DNA of 64,000 bases. Source: Somniosus microcephalus (Eukaryota). The stretch covers positions 262,322,001 to 262,386,000 of the forward strand of contig CM126202.1 in NCBI GenBank assembly GCA_052327205.1, read 5' to 3'. The notes below the pieces were generated by a model. It saw only the letters and a list, made by a program, of their open reading frames with translations. It did not search any database and was not told where the DNA came from. Position 1 is the first letter of the stretch; every line of letters begins with the position of its first letter. Shown one piece after another: positions 12,050-24,900 of the stretch. The translations under genes and the position numbers were made by a program.

Positions 12050-12146
12050 CACAACGTAAGAAATAGGAGCAGGAGTAAGAGTAGGCCATGCGGCCCCTCA
12101 AGCCTGCTCCGCCATTCAATAAGATCATGGCTGATATTTGACCTCA
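12050..12146 (-). mobile_element. CR1 LINE 3' tail
   Basis: Near-identical to 21695-21770 (agcctgctccgccattcaataagatcatggctgat). Confidence 0.85.
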
Positions 12147-12417
12147 ATGATTCAACCAGAGAACCCATTAATCCTCAGCTCCTAAGCATTGTGTAGATTT
12201 TATTTTGTATTAATCGGAGGCTTTGGAAGGCTGGTTTCTGTATACTGGGATGTTACAGATTACTGGCTGTACATGCGCAAATCTAAATCACTGCCTTCCC
12301 AAAAATCATAAAGGTACTTAAGAGCTCAAATATGTATATAACAATGTATTCTATGAAAAAGTGGAGTAGTAGTAGGCAGGACTCGGAGACATTGCAGTTC
12401 TTCATGATATCACCAAC

Positions 12418-12554
12418 CTCAGGGTTTAGGTTGCTGACCAGCAGGACAGAGTTTACTGCTGGGCCAACACCATGCATTGCTAGACGACCACCAACTGCAC
12501 CATGTGGAAGGCCAAGATGCCCGAGCCCTCCAGGGATTCCTTGAACAGACAGAC
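12418..12554 (-). CDS. PTBP3: PTBP3 exon, 137 nt (GLSVQGIPGGLGHLGLPHGAVGGRLAMHGVGPAVNSVLLVSNLNPE)
   Basis: ctctag acceptor, gttggt donor; linker plus RRM3 beta1. Confidence 0.94.
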
Positions 12555-13301
12555 CTAGAGACAGTAAAGACTTGGACGTTAACTTCCTTCATACATTGAA
12601 CCATTCCCTTTAGAAATTTAAAGACGACTGTCGGAGATGGCCAGAATATATGTAAATACCACAAGGGCAATTACATTTTTAAAAATTTAACAATTCAGAA
12701 AGGTTTCACAGGGTCCAGTCACTAGATACTAAAAATATATAGATGTTAAATTAAAACCACAGTGCAGCATGCATGACCACTATATTTACAACACATACGC
12801 TTTTATGTTCTCTCCCCAACACTAATTCTCCATGCTTTCTTCCTTGCTCTCTCCTGAAGCGGTTGACCCTCATTGGAATGGGTACCCTCTAGCACCTTGC
12901 ACATAGGAGCAGGCAACGAGCACTGAAGGCTTTTTACTGTGGGGAAGTGAGGGGGGAAAACACATCGAAAGCCAATGTTGTCCCCAGCATGCACTTTCCA
13001 GTAGGAGATCAATGGATAATGATCGGAAGAGGGTGACAATGCCCATGCTCAAGTCCAATGAGCTACCACGATCTCCCTGTCGCCACCGCCCCCCACCCAC
13101 AAGTTAAGGTCAGCTAACTTCGTGCACACTGAAGATTGACTTGGGATCTCCTGGTTCACACAGCTGTTACACGCTTATCATATGAACCACTGATGGAATT
13201 CCTTTATTTAAAAAGGAATTCCAAACCAACTCTAGTACAACAATCTGCTAAAGCATTAAAAAAAATCTGACATTACAAGTGACAGTCCCGAGCACGCTAA
13301 C

Positions 13302-13376
13302 CTGCAGTTTGCGGAAAGCCAAGAGCAGGGCCAAATCCACCAGGCCCATAGGGATTGGAGATGATACCCGGTGCAC
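13302..13376 (-). CDS. PTBP3: PTBP3 75-nt linker exon (GAPGIISNPYGPGGFGPALGFPQTA), PTBP1 exon 9 equivalent
   Basis: tgatag acceptor, gttagc donor; symmetric phase 1-1. Confidence 0.93.
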
Positions 13377-16204
13377 CTATCAAAAGAAAAACAGAAATGT
13401 TCATTTAATATAAAGTTAGTTATTCAACCACATTTCCTACTCTCCCTCCCAAAAGTGCAGTTTTTTTTTGTTCGAATCAATGCCTCACTGATGTTCAAAA
13501 AAATACTTGGGTTTGAATTCCCCCCTGGCGCAATCACTAGTTGTGCTTGGCTATTTTTAAGCATGTGCAAACAAGTGTTGCCCACTACTAATATGCCTAG
13601 CAGCTCGAAGAGTAACAATTTGAGGATTTATTTAATATGCAAAATACCATGAGTAGGGTGATGTAGAAAGTTCACTTGAGTGTAGCAAGGAGTTTTGCAC
13701 TCGATGAGATGTAAATTTACATTGCATCTGGCCTATGGTGAACCTGCCTTCAGAGCAGTTATTGGTAACACTAGATGTAAACAGTAGAAAAACTCATTCC
13801 AAAGCACCAACATTCTTCACTTTGATAAGCACACAAACTCACTCCAAAAATAAGGTTTTTAAACTGATACCACCTTGGACAATCCTTGTCCTTATCCCCG
13901 CAGATGCCAACTTGCGTGCAATATTGAGATAGCGGCACTGCCAGACCCGGTAGCTGAGTGTCTCAGGCAGTTTTCCCCTCAGTTCAGGTGTACAGCCCCA
14001 GGTAAAGGGTCAGGTCACGGGGGACATAACTGCAGGTTTGTGAGCAGGTAACTTTTCATGGGGTGGGAATAAAAACAATTGATTCTATATGGATTGCTGT
14101 GCTGAGTTTACATTATGTCATCAGGATTGCCACTGAGCTTGCAGTTGCTTCCCAAATCCCTTAAGTCGGTATTCCCTTTGTCCTTTTATTGAGATTTGTT
14201 CACAGATGCAAAATATTCTTTTGCTACACTTCAATGCTTTGCAAGAGTTTCTTTGACGGCTTTGATAAGTGAAGAAAGCAATAGAACTAGTGACCACTGA
14301 TGTACAAATTTACCAATAACTCAAGTATAAGCAGGTACCTCCAATCAATTGTCCATAACTAAAAACTGTAATCATGAAATATCCAATTATGCTTATGATG
14401 AAAATGAAGTACACCAAAAATATGTATAAAATCATAAACACAATGGAAAACCTACAAAACTCACAAATTTGATGTGTGTTTGGTTTGCTGTTAATACATG
14501 AACTGACTTCTCTGACTAATAAACCACCTAAGGAGTGAGATTGTCTAAATCGGAGTTCCTTCCAGTATTAAACTATTGACCACCTATGGATGATCTGGGC
14601 TGCTGACTGGTCCAGCAAGGTTATCCTAGGCAAATAATCCTTGGGGTAATCAGCAGCCCCCCCCCCCATCCTATCAAAAGATCCTGCCCAAAGGCTCTTG
14701 TGGCAATTTGGAAATTAAGTTCTCAATTGCCACCCTACATAAACCCTTTGTGGAATACAACAAATTTTCTGTTGAAAACAAATCTCAGACTGTACATATT
14801 TAAAAGCCCTGTAAATATAAAAACACCAAACTCTGGTCTTCCAAAAATGACACATTCCCTAAATATTCTTGTGTCACAAAACTCCTTCAGTGACAGGAAA
14901 AACTGACAGTTGCAAATTCCCAAAATGGGGGCCCAAACATGTTTTAGTCCCCTTTGTCCTATATCTTTTGTAAAAGGATATGACTAATTTATGGCATTTA
15001 TGCTGCAATCACATTCTCGCCACAATCTCACAATGGTACCTCTTGTTAAGACAGCCTTTTTCACTTAGGATATTAAACACTGGTTCAAAGAACCCATTCT
15101 TTGTAGTCATTGATGCATTGAAGCTTGAGTAATAAAAGAACTTTACACTTACTGTCCCTATTTGAACTATGGAGTGAATTGGATATGTGCCCTAGATCAA
15201 ACGGTCTAGTATGGAAATGCTACAGCCACCAATGCTCAAAAAAGCAGATACGCCAACCATTAAACAAGTCTTTGCCATGTGGATCATTTATATTGGTATC
15301 AAACAAGTAAAACGAAACAATGCATGGTTTTTCAGATTTGTCACATTGAACAGAATTGTGCAGTCCCTCAAGACACCAGAGATAGCTTTCGACACACCTG
15401 AAATGTCTCTGGGGAACAGTACAATGACTTAACCGAACCGATATTCTCTTTTTACCAGGGTAATTTTTTAAAAAGCCACAATTGTGTGAAGACTGCAGAC
15501 ATTTGGTGGTACCTGGAGTGTGCCCACTAGTGCTATTCTGGGTAAAGTAAACACAAACCTATCCACTAATATGCAATTAATCCAAATACTACCCTTAAGT
15601 TAGAATATCTTAGCTGATGTGAAGCACAGTGGCAGTTGATAGTAGCCAAGCTGTGGTGCGTAATGTCATTTCTGTGGCAACAGCCTTTGGCTGTCTAGAA
15701 AACCTCAACTAATTGGAGTTGAATGTTTCTTTTGGTAAAAGATAACTTCCTACCAGCCAATCCATACAACAGATGTTAAGTCAATTTAAATCTACTTTTT
15801 AAAAAAACCTTTGAACTCTTTAATTTAGTCCCCAGGATCCCCTGTACAGTACAATAGCAAAATAAAGTTTAAAAAAATATGTTCTAATGTCTCCAACAGG
15901 CACATCAAGTTTACTAACGATGAATTTTCCTTCTGGCCAGTTCATCGAAATTGTAACCTTTCAAGTCTCCTTATCCAGCCAAAAGAATAGCATCATCTGT
16001 GCCAGCTCCAAGCCACAACATTGCAGATACAGCTTCTGAATACACGGCGCCATTGACCTGCTTAGAAAATAGTGCAGTTCAGAGGTTTGCGAGCTGGCAC
16101 AGACACTTCATGATCCACCAGGATGACTTGAATGACCCACAAGATAGAGTTAACAATCTAGCGCAGTTTAAAGTTTAGTTAGCGGACAGCTGGGCAGATT
16201 CATT

Positions 16205-16760
16205 GAAAACAGCACAGGAGGCGGCCATTCGGCCCATCGTGCCTGTGCATTCTCTTTGAAAGAGCTATCTAAGTAGTCCCATGCCCCCCCTTCTCTTTCC
16301 CTGTAGGCCTGCAAACTTTTCCTTTTTAAGTACAAGAAATAGGAGGAGTAGGCCATTCAGTTCTTCAAGCCTGCTCCGCCATTCAATAAAATCATGGTTG
16401 ATCTTCTACCTCATCGCCACTTTCCAGCCCTATCTCCATATCCCTTGATTCCCTTAGATTCCAAAAATCTATCAATCTCAGCCTTGAATATACTCAACAA
16501 CTGAGTATCCACAGTCCTCTTGGGGTAGAGAATTCCAAAGATTCACAACCCTTTGAGTGATATATACAACCGCTCCCCTTTTCAAACTTACTGTTGAATT
16601 TGCTTCCATCATCCTTTCAGGCAGTGCATCCCAAAATCATAGCCCCATGTAAAAAATTAAAAAAAAATCTCCTTGAATTTCTTTGCCAAATAACTTAAAT
16701 TCTGTGCGCTCTGGTTACCAACCCTCCTGCCAGTTGGAAACAGTTGCTCCCTATCTACTT
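16205..16760 (-). mobile_element. two nested CR1 3' fragments (inner copy about 16333-16560)
   Basis: The outer copy resembles the reverse complement of 34600-34820 and is interrupted by a second tail type. Confidence 0.75.
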
Positions 16761-16923
16761 GGTCATTGGTGAAAATACTGTAAACTAATGATCTAATACA
16801 ATTAGCTGTTGTGGGCACAGTAGAGGGGGTTTGAGGAACAGAACGAAATGTAAAGAGTCAACAAGCAACAAAACAAAAATTTACCTGTCATTATGTATTT
16901 ACCTAGAAGTGAGGTTTCCTTAC

Positions 16924-17098
16924 CAAAAGCGGCGGCCACAGAAGGGTCAAGGGTCGGCTGGCCGTCGCCGGAAGGAAGATCAAGGCGCGTGAAGTCTCTG
17001 CTTTTGTCATTGTTGTATTTAACATTAAGGCTAGTCAGCTTTGAGAACTCTATACGTAAAGTACAGCAAGCATTGTAGATATTCTGGCCATCCAAAGC
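16924..17098 (-). CDS. PTBP3: PTBP3 exon, 175 nt ([58 protein letters not shown]); alternative exon ends at 16903 and 16885
   Basis: ctccag acceptor, gtaagg donor; RRM2 C-terminal half. Confidence 0.97.
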
Positions 17099-18542
17099 CT
17101 GGAGAAAGTCAAGTAGAAACAGTATTATACACCAATCCATGGATCTTTGAAGCAACAGATGACGTTCCAGAGTCGGGTAAAAGCTCACCATACACCATTA
17201 TGAATGTATGAACCACAACTCTACTCTTCAAATCTTGGATGAGCAAACAGTGAGGTACGCATAATATTTGCAATAATTTCTAAAGGGCTCTGCACTCATT
17301 ATGGCTACTGTTAAAAACATAATTGTGGTAGTTCCACACTACGCTGCAAGTGCTTCTATGAAAGTTTTATGTCAATACAAAGCACGGAATTTACTGGAGT
17401 CAAAAACACTTACTACGCAAAAGATCATCTTGCTGACGATGCAATTTAAGACTTGTAAAAAGTCTCTCCTTCTCCCTCGAAGTATGTCCACACACACTAT
17501 GCCATCCCTGGTTAAGAGCACAAGCATTCAACCAGCTCCCAGACTTCCTATGCTGCCCAACCAGTGACATGTGACAGTACAAGAACAGTCCATGGATTTT
17601 TCCTCCCTCTGTTGCCATCTCCTCACACCACCATTTCAGTAGCTCATTACATAGGGTTTAGAGGGTTCAGACCCAAGCCTTTTTGATCTGGTGCATAACA
17701 ATGAAGTTCTAATGTGCTGCCATCAGGTTTTTTTCCCCCCCAAATTAAAATTTTCCTCTTTACACTACTACATTCAGGGGTTCCATACATTGCATCGCCA
17801 ACTTCATTTAAAGAGATGGTGCTGGATGGAGAAAAGCATTCCCCCTGACGGCCGACTGGGGATGGGCTCAAGACCGCGATTAGATAAGTGACCGAGGATA
17901 AGTCTTCCTGTTCAGCACTGCATTTTTGCTTTGGACGAACATAAAATAAAGCTGCAGAAATGCAAGATGGGAAGGAAGAAAAATGACGCCACCACTTTAT
18001 TCTGGTACTTACTGGTGAGTACCAGAATAAAGTACATTTAAAAAATGCAAAGAGGATGCTATTGAATGGTGGAATACAGGGTTCATGTTTATGACCTAAG
18101 TAATAAGGCACTATTTTCAGCTAAGCCATCATGGGGAAGTGCAAGACAGAAGGGATCATTCCAAGACTGCTCTCAGGCACCTGCTTGGAGCATGTTACAG
18201 AGCAGCATTGGTGGAAGCCTTTGAGTAGGGTACCTATTCAACATCTTGGATGGGTTTGGTATGCGCTATGGGGAGTTCCAACAGAAAGGGATTACCTTTA
18301 AAAAGCAATGAACAGGTTAGTAGTATATACTTTCAGATTTGCTTTGTATTAATATGTTAAGTGTGAGAAAATCTGTGCACCAACTAGAAATAGATTAAGC
18401 AACAGCTCAGCCTATGAACAGAAGTTATATTGAAAAGACAACTTGCCCTGGAGAGTCATTTAAAAATGCAGATGAACTAGTTTTAACAGAAATACTGCAA
18501 CTAACAACTATAAATGGACTTCCTGTTCTACCCAACACTAAC

Positions 18543-18653
18543 CAGTTTAGCGTGATGTGCGTGCATCGGATCAGCATACTGAAGCAGCGCCTGGAACTGA
18601 TTGTTCTTTGTGAAGGTGATGATTTTCAGCACGGTTCCATACTTGGTGAAAAT
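18543..18653 (-). CDS. PTBP3: PTBP3 exon, 111 nt ([37 protein letters not shown])
   Basis: caacag acceptor, gttagt donor; RRM2. Confidence 0.97.
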
Positions 18654-19712
18654 CTGTTGGGAGTAATATGCATCAGAATTTTTTTTTTTTTTTTTTTTTT
18701 TTTAAATAAAAAGAGGCTGCGCTATTAAAATGGCAAGTTAATTTGTTAGCAGCCATTGAAATGGAAGGAGCATCAGGACTCAACACACAAATCTCTTACT
18801 TAAAAATACAGAGCACGTAGACACCACTGCGTCAGCCAATGAGTTGGAGGTGAACCAGGGCTTACATCAGTCTATTTTACAGCCGAGTTTAAGTGCTCAA
18901 TAAACAGCGTTGATTTAGCAGAGACTCTACAAACTACAGAACTCATGACTGAAACTACAGTTTCCCAATAAAAGCAGGATTATTTCTAAAGCAAAATGCA
19001 GAGTGGAGGACAGTTACATAATACAAATTGTGCGTGGAAAATCAATCCAAGTCACACAGCAGGCAAGACTGACTGGAGGAATTACCCAATCATCTCCATT
19101 CTGGCCAGGACTTCTGGAGTCACCATGTGAAGCCGTAAAAATATATTGTACTGACTAGCAAATGAGTTTAGGTCCACAAGAAATGCATTATTGGTGGACA
19201 TTTCTGGCACTGTGGTGGAGCAGTGTGTTAGTCCTGTGATACACTGTGCCACAGAAGTGTTAGAGACATCGGTTGACACCCACAAAACTCATGGAAGTGT
19301 CAAACATAGTTTGCCCACAGGACAGAAATGGAGAAAAATATTTTAAAATATATGGGCATGGAGGGGCACTCAGCTATACTGCCAAGCAATGAGATCAACA
19401 GTGATACTAAGGCTCGAGTAGATTGCTTCAATGCAGTCACAATGCTTCAATGCAGTCACAATTGGAGAATAGCACATGATAAAAGTTGTCCAAAGCAGAA
19501 GGCAGGAAGATGTTTGAAGGGGAGGAAAGAGGACACGATATTACACAGTTTTTAAAAAATCAGGTAGCAGCTTTCTCCCCCCCACATTTAATATATTAGG
19601 TTTACATATTCAGGATGCTGAAATGCAATTCAATTAATGCCATTAACATCTTACTTGAATCTATGCTGCTCTAAATAGCCATTTTTCACCCCCAAATATG
19701 GTCAATCCTTAC

Positions 19713-19877
19713 CTGGTGCAAGACCTCCAGAGTGACGGGATAAAAGAGATTCTCCACAATGATGCGCAGGACCGAACTTTGACCAGCGAGTAGTGCCCCC
19801 TCGTTAACAGTGCTGCCAGTCATAGACATGTTACCAGTGTGCATTGCATTTACTGCCTGCAAAGCAGCCTGGGCTCG
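19713..19877 (-). CDS. PTBP3: PTBP3 exon, 165 nt (RAQAALQAVNAMHTG...VLRIIVENLFYPVTLEVLHQ)
   Basis: ccacag acceptor, gtaagg donor. Confidence 0.97.
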
Positions 19878-20184
19878 CTGTGGAAAGACACAAACATTTC
19901 TTCAGACAGCATTTTCATTTCTAGGGGCAATTTATTGAAATACATACATTGAGAACTGATTTTTTAAAACACGTGCAGTTTGCAACAGTGGACACAAATT
20001 CCTCAGCATTTCTGGAGCATCAGGTTCCAACAGTGTGAAACAGCATTCAGTTTAAGAAATGTACACAACTATAAAATCCCAGCAGGACAAAGGAGAATGC
20101 CTGCTTCCAAACCAAATGGAAATGGCTTTAATTTTCCGATCTTCACGCCACTAATTGGGATAGAACAAAAACAACCACCTGAAT

Positions 20185-20460
20185 TTATATAGCAACTTTA
20201 ACATAGTAAAACATCCCAAGGCGCTTCATAGGAACATTCAGACAAAATTTGACACCAAGCCACATAAGGAGATATTAGGACAAGTGACCAAAAGCTTGGT
20301 CAAAGGATGTGGATTTTAAGAAGTGTCTTAAAAGGAGTGTGTCAGTTTAGGGAGTGAATTCCAGAGTTCAGGGCCTAGGCAGCTCAAGGCACAGCCACCA
20401 ATGGTGGAGCGATGGAAATCAGGGATACGCAAGAGGCCAAAATTGGAGGAGCGTAGTGGG
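20185..20460 (-). mobile_element. L2-like LINE 3' fragment
   Basis: Translates GGCALSCLGPELWNSLP; reverse complement of 62175-62510. Confidence 0.7.
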
Positions 20461-20954
20461 TCAATATGGTTCTGCTGGTATATCAAATGAAGTGCCACAG
20501 TGTGATTGGTGGTTGGGGGAAGAGGAAGAGAAGGGATGCAGAAAATACCTCCCATCAGATATACAAGAAGTGGATTCAATGACAGTAGAGTTTGACAAAA
20601 AGAGGCATCAACACATCAGCTGAGGAAGCTGCACTGGCGGCAAAAGGCCTTCACATTGACATGCACAGCAGAAAAATCTCACACACACACCCCTTTCTTG
20701 CAAATCAAACTAGAAAGCACAACTGCATGGTAAAAAAAATGATACAGCTCAAGAGACACTTAATAGCAAATGATTCAAACCATCAGTTAAAAATGACATG
20801 GAGGGTAATGGATATCCAAGGATGAACAGTCAGCTAGCCTTCGAAGAGTTCAAATATCACACTAAAATCAAAATTTGAGGTTTTGAACTGCTAGTTGAAC
20901 AAAATATTATGCTATACTCAGGCACACTTAAAATCCTGCCATTTCAAGGCCAAT

Positions 20955-21090
20955 TAGGAAGATAGGACGGAACAGGAGCAGGCTATTCTTCCCCTTAAGC
21001 CCATTTCGCCATTTAATTAGATCGTGGCTGACGTGTATCTTAACTCCAGCCATGGTTCCATATCCCTTAATACCCTTACCTAACAAGTCT
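20955..21090 (-). mobile_element. CR1 3' tail
   Basis: Same tail motif as 12050 and 21689. Confidence 0.7.
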
Positions 21091-21688
21091 ATGCAACCTG
21101 TCATAATTTAACCCTTTTAGCCCCAGCATCATTCTGGTGCCGCAAGAGAATGTGATTTTGTGCCTGGTCTGTTCAGTTTCTGTGGCTACGCATACTTGGC
21201 TAAAGAAAAGTGCAACAACAATTTTTAGATTAAAAAATATGGTGAGAGGGGCACGCGAATTCTAATAGTCAGCATGTTTGTTTGGACACTAGTTATCTTG
21301 TGTACTGCCATGGTGCCTCCTTCTGTGCAGTACGATTCTGGGGGACAAAAGTATTTTGACATGCTAACGTTTTGATTGCTAAGTTATTGAGGGATGATGA
21401 TCCACAATAACAGTTACCACAATCCCATCAGGATGGGCTGCAGAAAGAAGGGCGCTTACTTTTGATCAGAAAAATTAATTAAGTTAAGAGGTTTGAACCA
21501 AGCATGAATGGATTGTGTTTGATGTCTGTTGCGGATTGAAATGTCAAATTACCCTAAATCCAGATGATGTGATATGGGATGCTTTCAATTCAGTCATGAA
21601 TGATGTACCTTCCATTCACTGGTACCATTACTAGCTGAGCTGATCCTATGAACTCCCCAACTCCATATGTCCTTCACCACCACCTGGT

Positions 21689-23107
21689 ATAAGAACATAA
21701 GAAATAGGAGCAGGAGTAGGCCAATCGGCCCCTCGAGCCTGCTCCGCCATTCAATAAGATCATGGCTGATCTGATCCTAACCGCCAATCCACTATCACAG
21801 AACCATCTCCTGAATCTAACAGAATTAGACACACGAAATAGGAGCAGGATCAGGCTACACGGCCCCTGGGCCCGCTCCGCTACCCACAGGGCCATGACCG
21901 ATCCGAACCTAGACTCATGTCCAAATTCCTGCCCGCTCCCCGTAACCCTTAATTCCCTTTATTTCTAGGAAACTGTCTATTTCTGTTTTAAATTTATGTA
22001 ATGATGTAGCTTCTACAGCTTTTTGGGCAGCATATTCCATGGACCTACCACCCTCTGAGTGAAGTAGTTCCTCCTCATCTCAGTTTTGAAAGAGCAGCCC
22101 CTTATTCTAAGACTATGCCCCCTAGTTCTAGTTTCACCCATCATCGGGAACATCTTCCCCGCATCCACCCGATCCAACCCCTTCACAATCTTATATGTTT
22201 CAATAAGATCGCCTCTCATTCTTCTGAAATCCAATGAGTAGAGTCCCAATCTACTCAACCTCTCCTCATATGTCCATCCCCTCATCTCCGGGATTAACCG
22301 AGTGAACCTTCTTTGTACTGACTCGAGAGCAAGTATGTCCTTTCTTAAGTATGGACACCAAAACTGTACGCAGTATTCCAGGTGCGGTCTCACCAATACC
22401 TTGTACAACTGAAGCAATACCTCCCTATTTTTATATTCTATCCCCCTAGCAATGAAAGCCAACATTCCATTGGCCTTCTTAATCACTTGCTGCACCTGCA
22501 TACTAACCTTTGGAGTTTCGTGCACCAGGACCCCCAGATCCCTTTGTGCTTCAGTACTTTCCAGTTTCTTGCCATTAAGATAATAACTTGCTCTACGATT
22601 TTTCCTGCCAAAGTGCATAACCTCACACTTTCCAGTATTGTATTCCATCTGCCAAATCTCTGCCCACTTACTTAGCCTGTCTATGTCCCCTTGCAGGTTT
22701 TTTATGTCCTCCTCACTCACTACTTTCCCTCCCATCTTAGTATCATCTGCAAACTTGGATATGTTACACTCGGTCCCCTCCTCCAAATCGTTAATATAGA
22801 TTGGAAAGAGTTGGGGACCCAGCACTGACCCCTGTGGAACACCACTAGTTACTGATTGCCAGTCCGAGAATGAACCATTTATCCCAACTCTCTGCTTTCT
22901 GTTAGATAGCCAATCCTCTATCCATGCCAGAATATTACCCCCAATCCCGTGATTTTTTATCTTAAGCAATAATCTTTTGTGTGGCACCTTGTCAAATGCC
23001 TTTTGGAAGTCTAAATACACTACGTCCACTGGTTCCCCTTTATCCACCCTATATGTTACTTCCTCAAAGAACTCCAGCAAATTTGTCAAACATGACTTCC
23101 CCTTCAT
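21689..23107 (-). mobile_element. young 5'-truncated CR1 LINE (reverse transcriptase C-terminal half plus 3'UTR)
   Basis: About 365 uninterrupted codons with [29 protein letters not shown] and RPHLEYCVQFW motifs. Confidence 0.95.
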
Positions 23108-24464
23108 ATTTGCAAACACCCCTGATGGAAGGCTTTGTGCTCGAGGGTCCTTCCAGACACTGCTGGGGACCTGGGTGGGAGAATGCAATTCAGCAACTTG
23201 ATGGATGCCCTGGCTGCATGTGCATTCTGCAGCGAGGATAAGACCAAATCCCATTGTCTATATCTGCAGTCCCAGAGGCTACTACTGCAGACTCACATCC
23301 ATGTTAGATCATAACCTGCATCCCAGCAGACGACCAAGGGGAGGATTTAGTATAACAATTAAAAGTTAGAACTGGATACGGAGTTGAAATACACAAGAGT
23401 TTTAGCGGTAGGAAAACAACAGTCAGCTGGTTTAAAGCAACGAAGGCAAGCAGCAGGAACATGAGAATTAACAGAAAGGCATGCACTTCCTTTGGGTCAA
23501 AAACAGGAATATTTAAGGAGGTGTGATCAGGGGAAACTTGGGTTTCAGTGAAAATGAGGGGGGGCAGGAAATTGGAGAGAATAAAGATTTGAGGAGATAC
23601 TACCAATACTGCAGAAGAACAGGTTGAAGGAGGATGCAATGGATATGGTATTGGGCATATATTGATAATAATGGACTGTCAGCAAAAACTCCAACGATGC
23701 ACTGGGGAAACAATGGCAATTCTCCCAAGGATTAATAAAAATATATTTTAAAAACAGATTTTATGTATACCATCAACAGTAGACAGGGAAGCGCAGAGCA
23801 TTATGTAGCATGCTGGTTTCGACAACCATGCTGCATTTAAAACAGGTTTTTATTTTAAATTAATTTAGATGGTCTGCTAAATCAGCCTCTATATTCTCTT
23901 AGGAGATCTACGACAAAATAAGGTGCTGGAGGAAAATACGGGGACAGAGGGAGGGGGGAAATTTCCTTTGGAACAAAACAAAAAGCAAAATACTACAAAT
24001 CTGAAACAAAAACAGAAACACTCACCATGTCAGGCATCTGTGGAGAGAATAGACAAGTTAAAAAGCATTTCAAAAAGGAAGAGAACAGGGGAAGGAAACA
24101 CACCACACACAGGAAAATAAATAGAATAACTAATAATGTGCTTAAGGGGAGAATAGAAGATGTTGAAATGGCAGTGATATTACCAGGAGACAATGATGAG
24201 AGAGCAAAAAAGACAAGTACGAGACACAGAACGCCTGAATAGCTTGGAGGTGGGTTACAGGTAGGTAGAAAACGAGCATAAAAAGCTGGCAAAGCAGGTG
24301 CAAATGCCCAGCAGCCTGGTAAAGGAGAAGAAAGCAGGTTGGCACAAGCCATGCAGACTAGACTACCTTGCCAGCATGGTGTTCAGACACAGGCCCCCTA
24401 CCCCAAGCTCCAACCAGCTTCTTTCCTCACCCATCCACAACACTCGGCAGCCCTCTGTCTTATT

Positions 24465-24900
24465 ACATAGAATTTACAGCACACAAACAGGCCACTCAGC
24501 CCAACTGGTCCATGCCTGTGTTTATGCTCCACACGAGCCTCCTCCCACATTTCTTCATCTAACCCTATCTGCATATCCTTCTATTTCATTCGCCCTCCTG
24601 TGTTTAGCATAGATACATTTGAGAAGCTGGATAATCACCTCAACCATTCCTTGGGTAGCGAGTTCCACATTCTCACCAGTCTCTGGGTAAAGATGTTTCT
24701 CCTGAATTCCCTATTGGATTTATTAGTGACCGTCTTATATGGATGGCTCCTAATTTTGTCTCCCCCACAAGTGGAAACATTTTCTCTGTCTACCCCATCA
24801 TAATCTTAAAGACCACTATCGGGTCACCCCTCTGTCTTCTCTTTCCTAGAGAAAAAAAAGAGCTCCAGCCTGTTCAAACTTCTCGGATTGGTACAACCTC
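24465..24900 (-). mobile_element. CR1 3' fragment
   Basis: Tail catagaatttacagcac; same subfamily as 30680-31010. Confidence 0.8.

Noticed and set aside
22013-23254. 413-aa ORF as a host gene or domesticated reverse transcriptase
   Set aside because: It is a 5'-truncated CR1 ORF2. The first ~48 codons are chance read-through from flanking DNA and the C-terminus is frameshifted.
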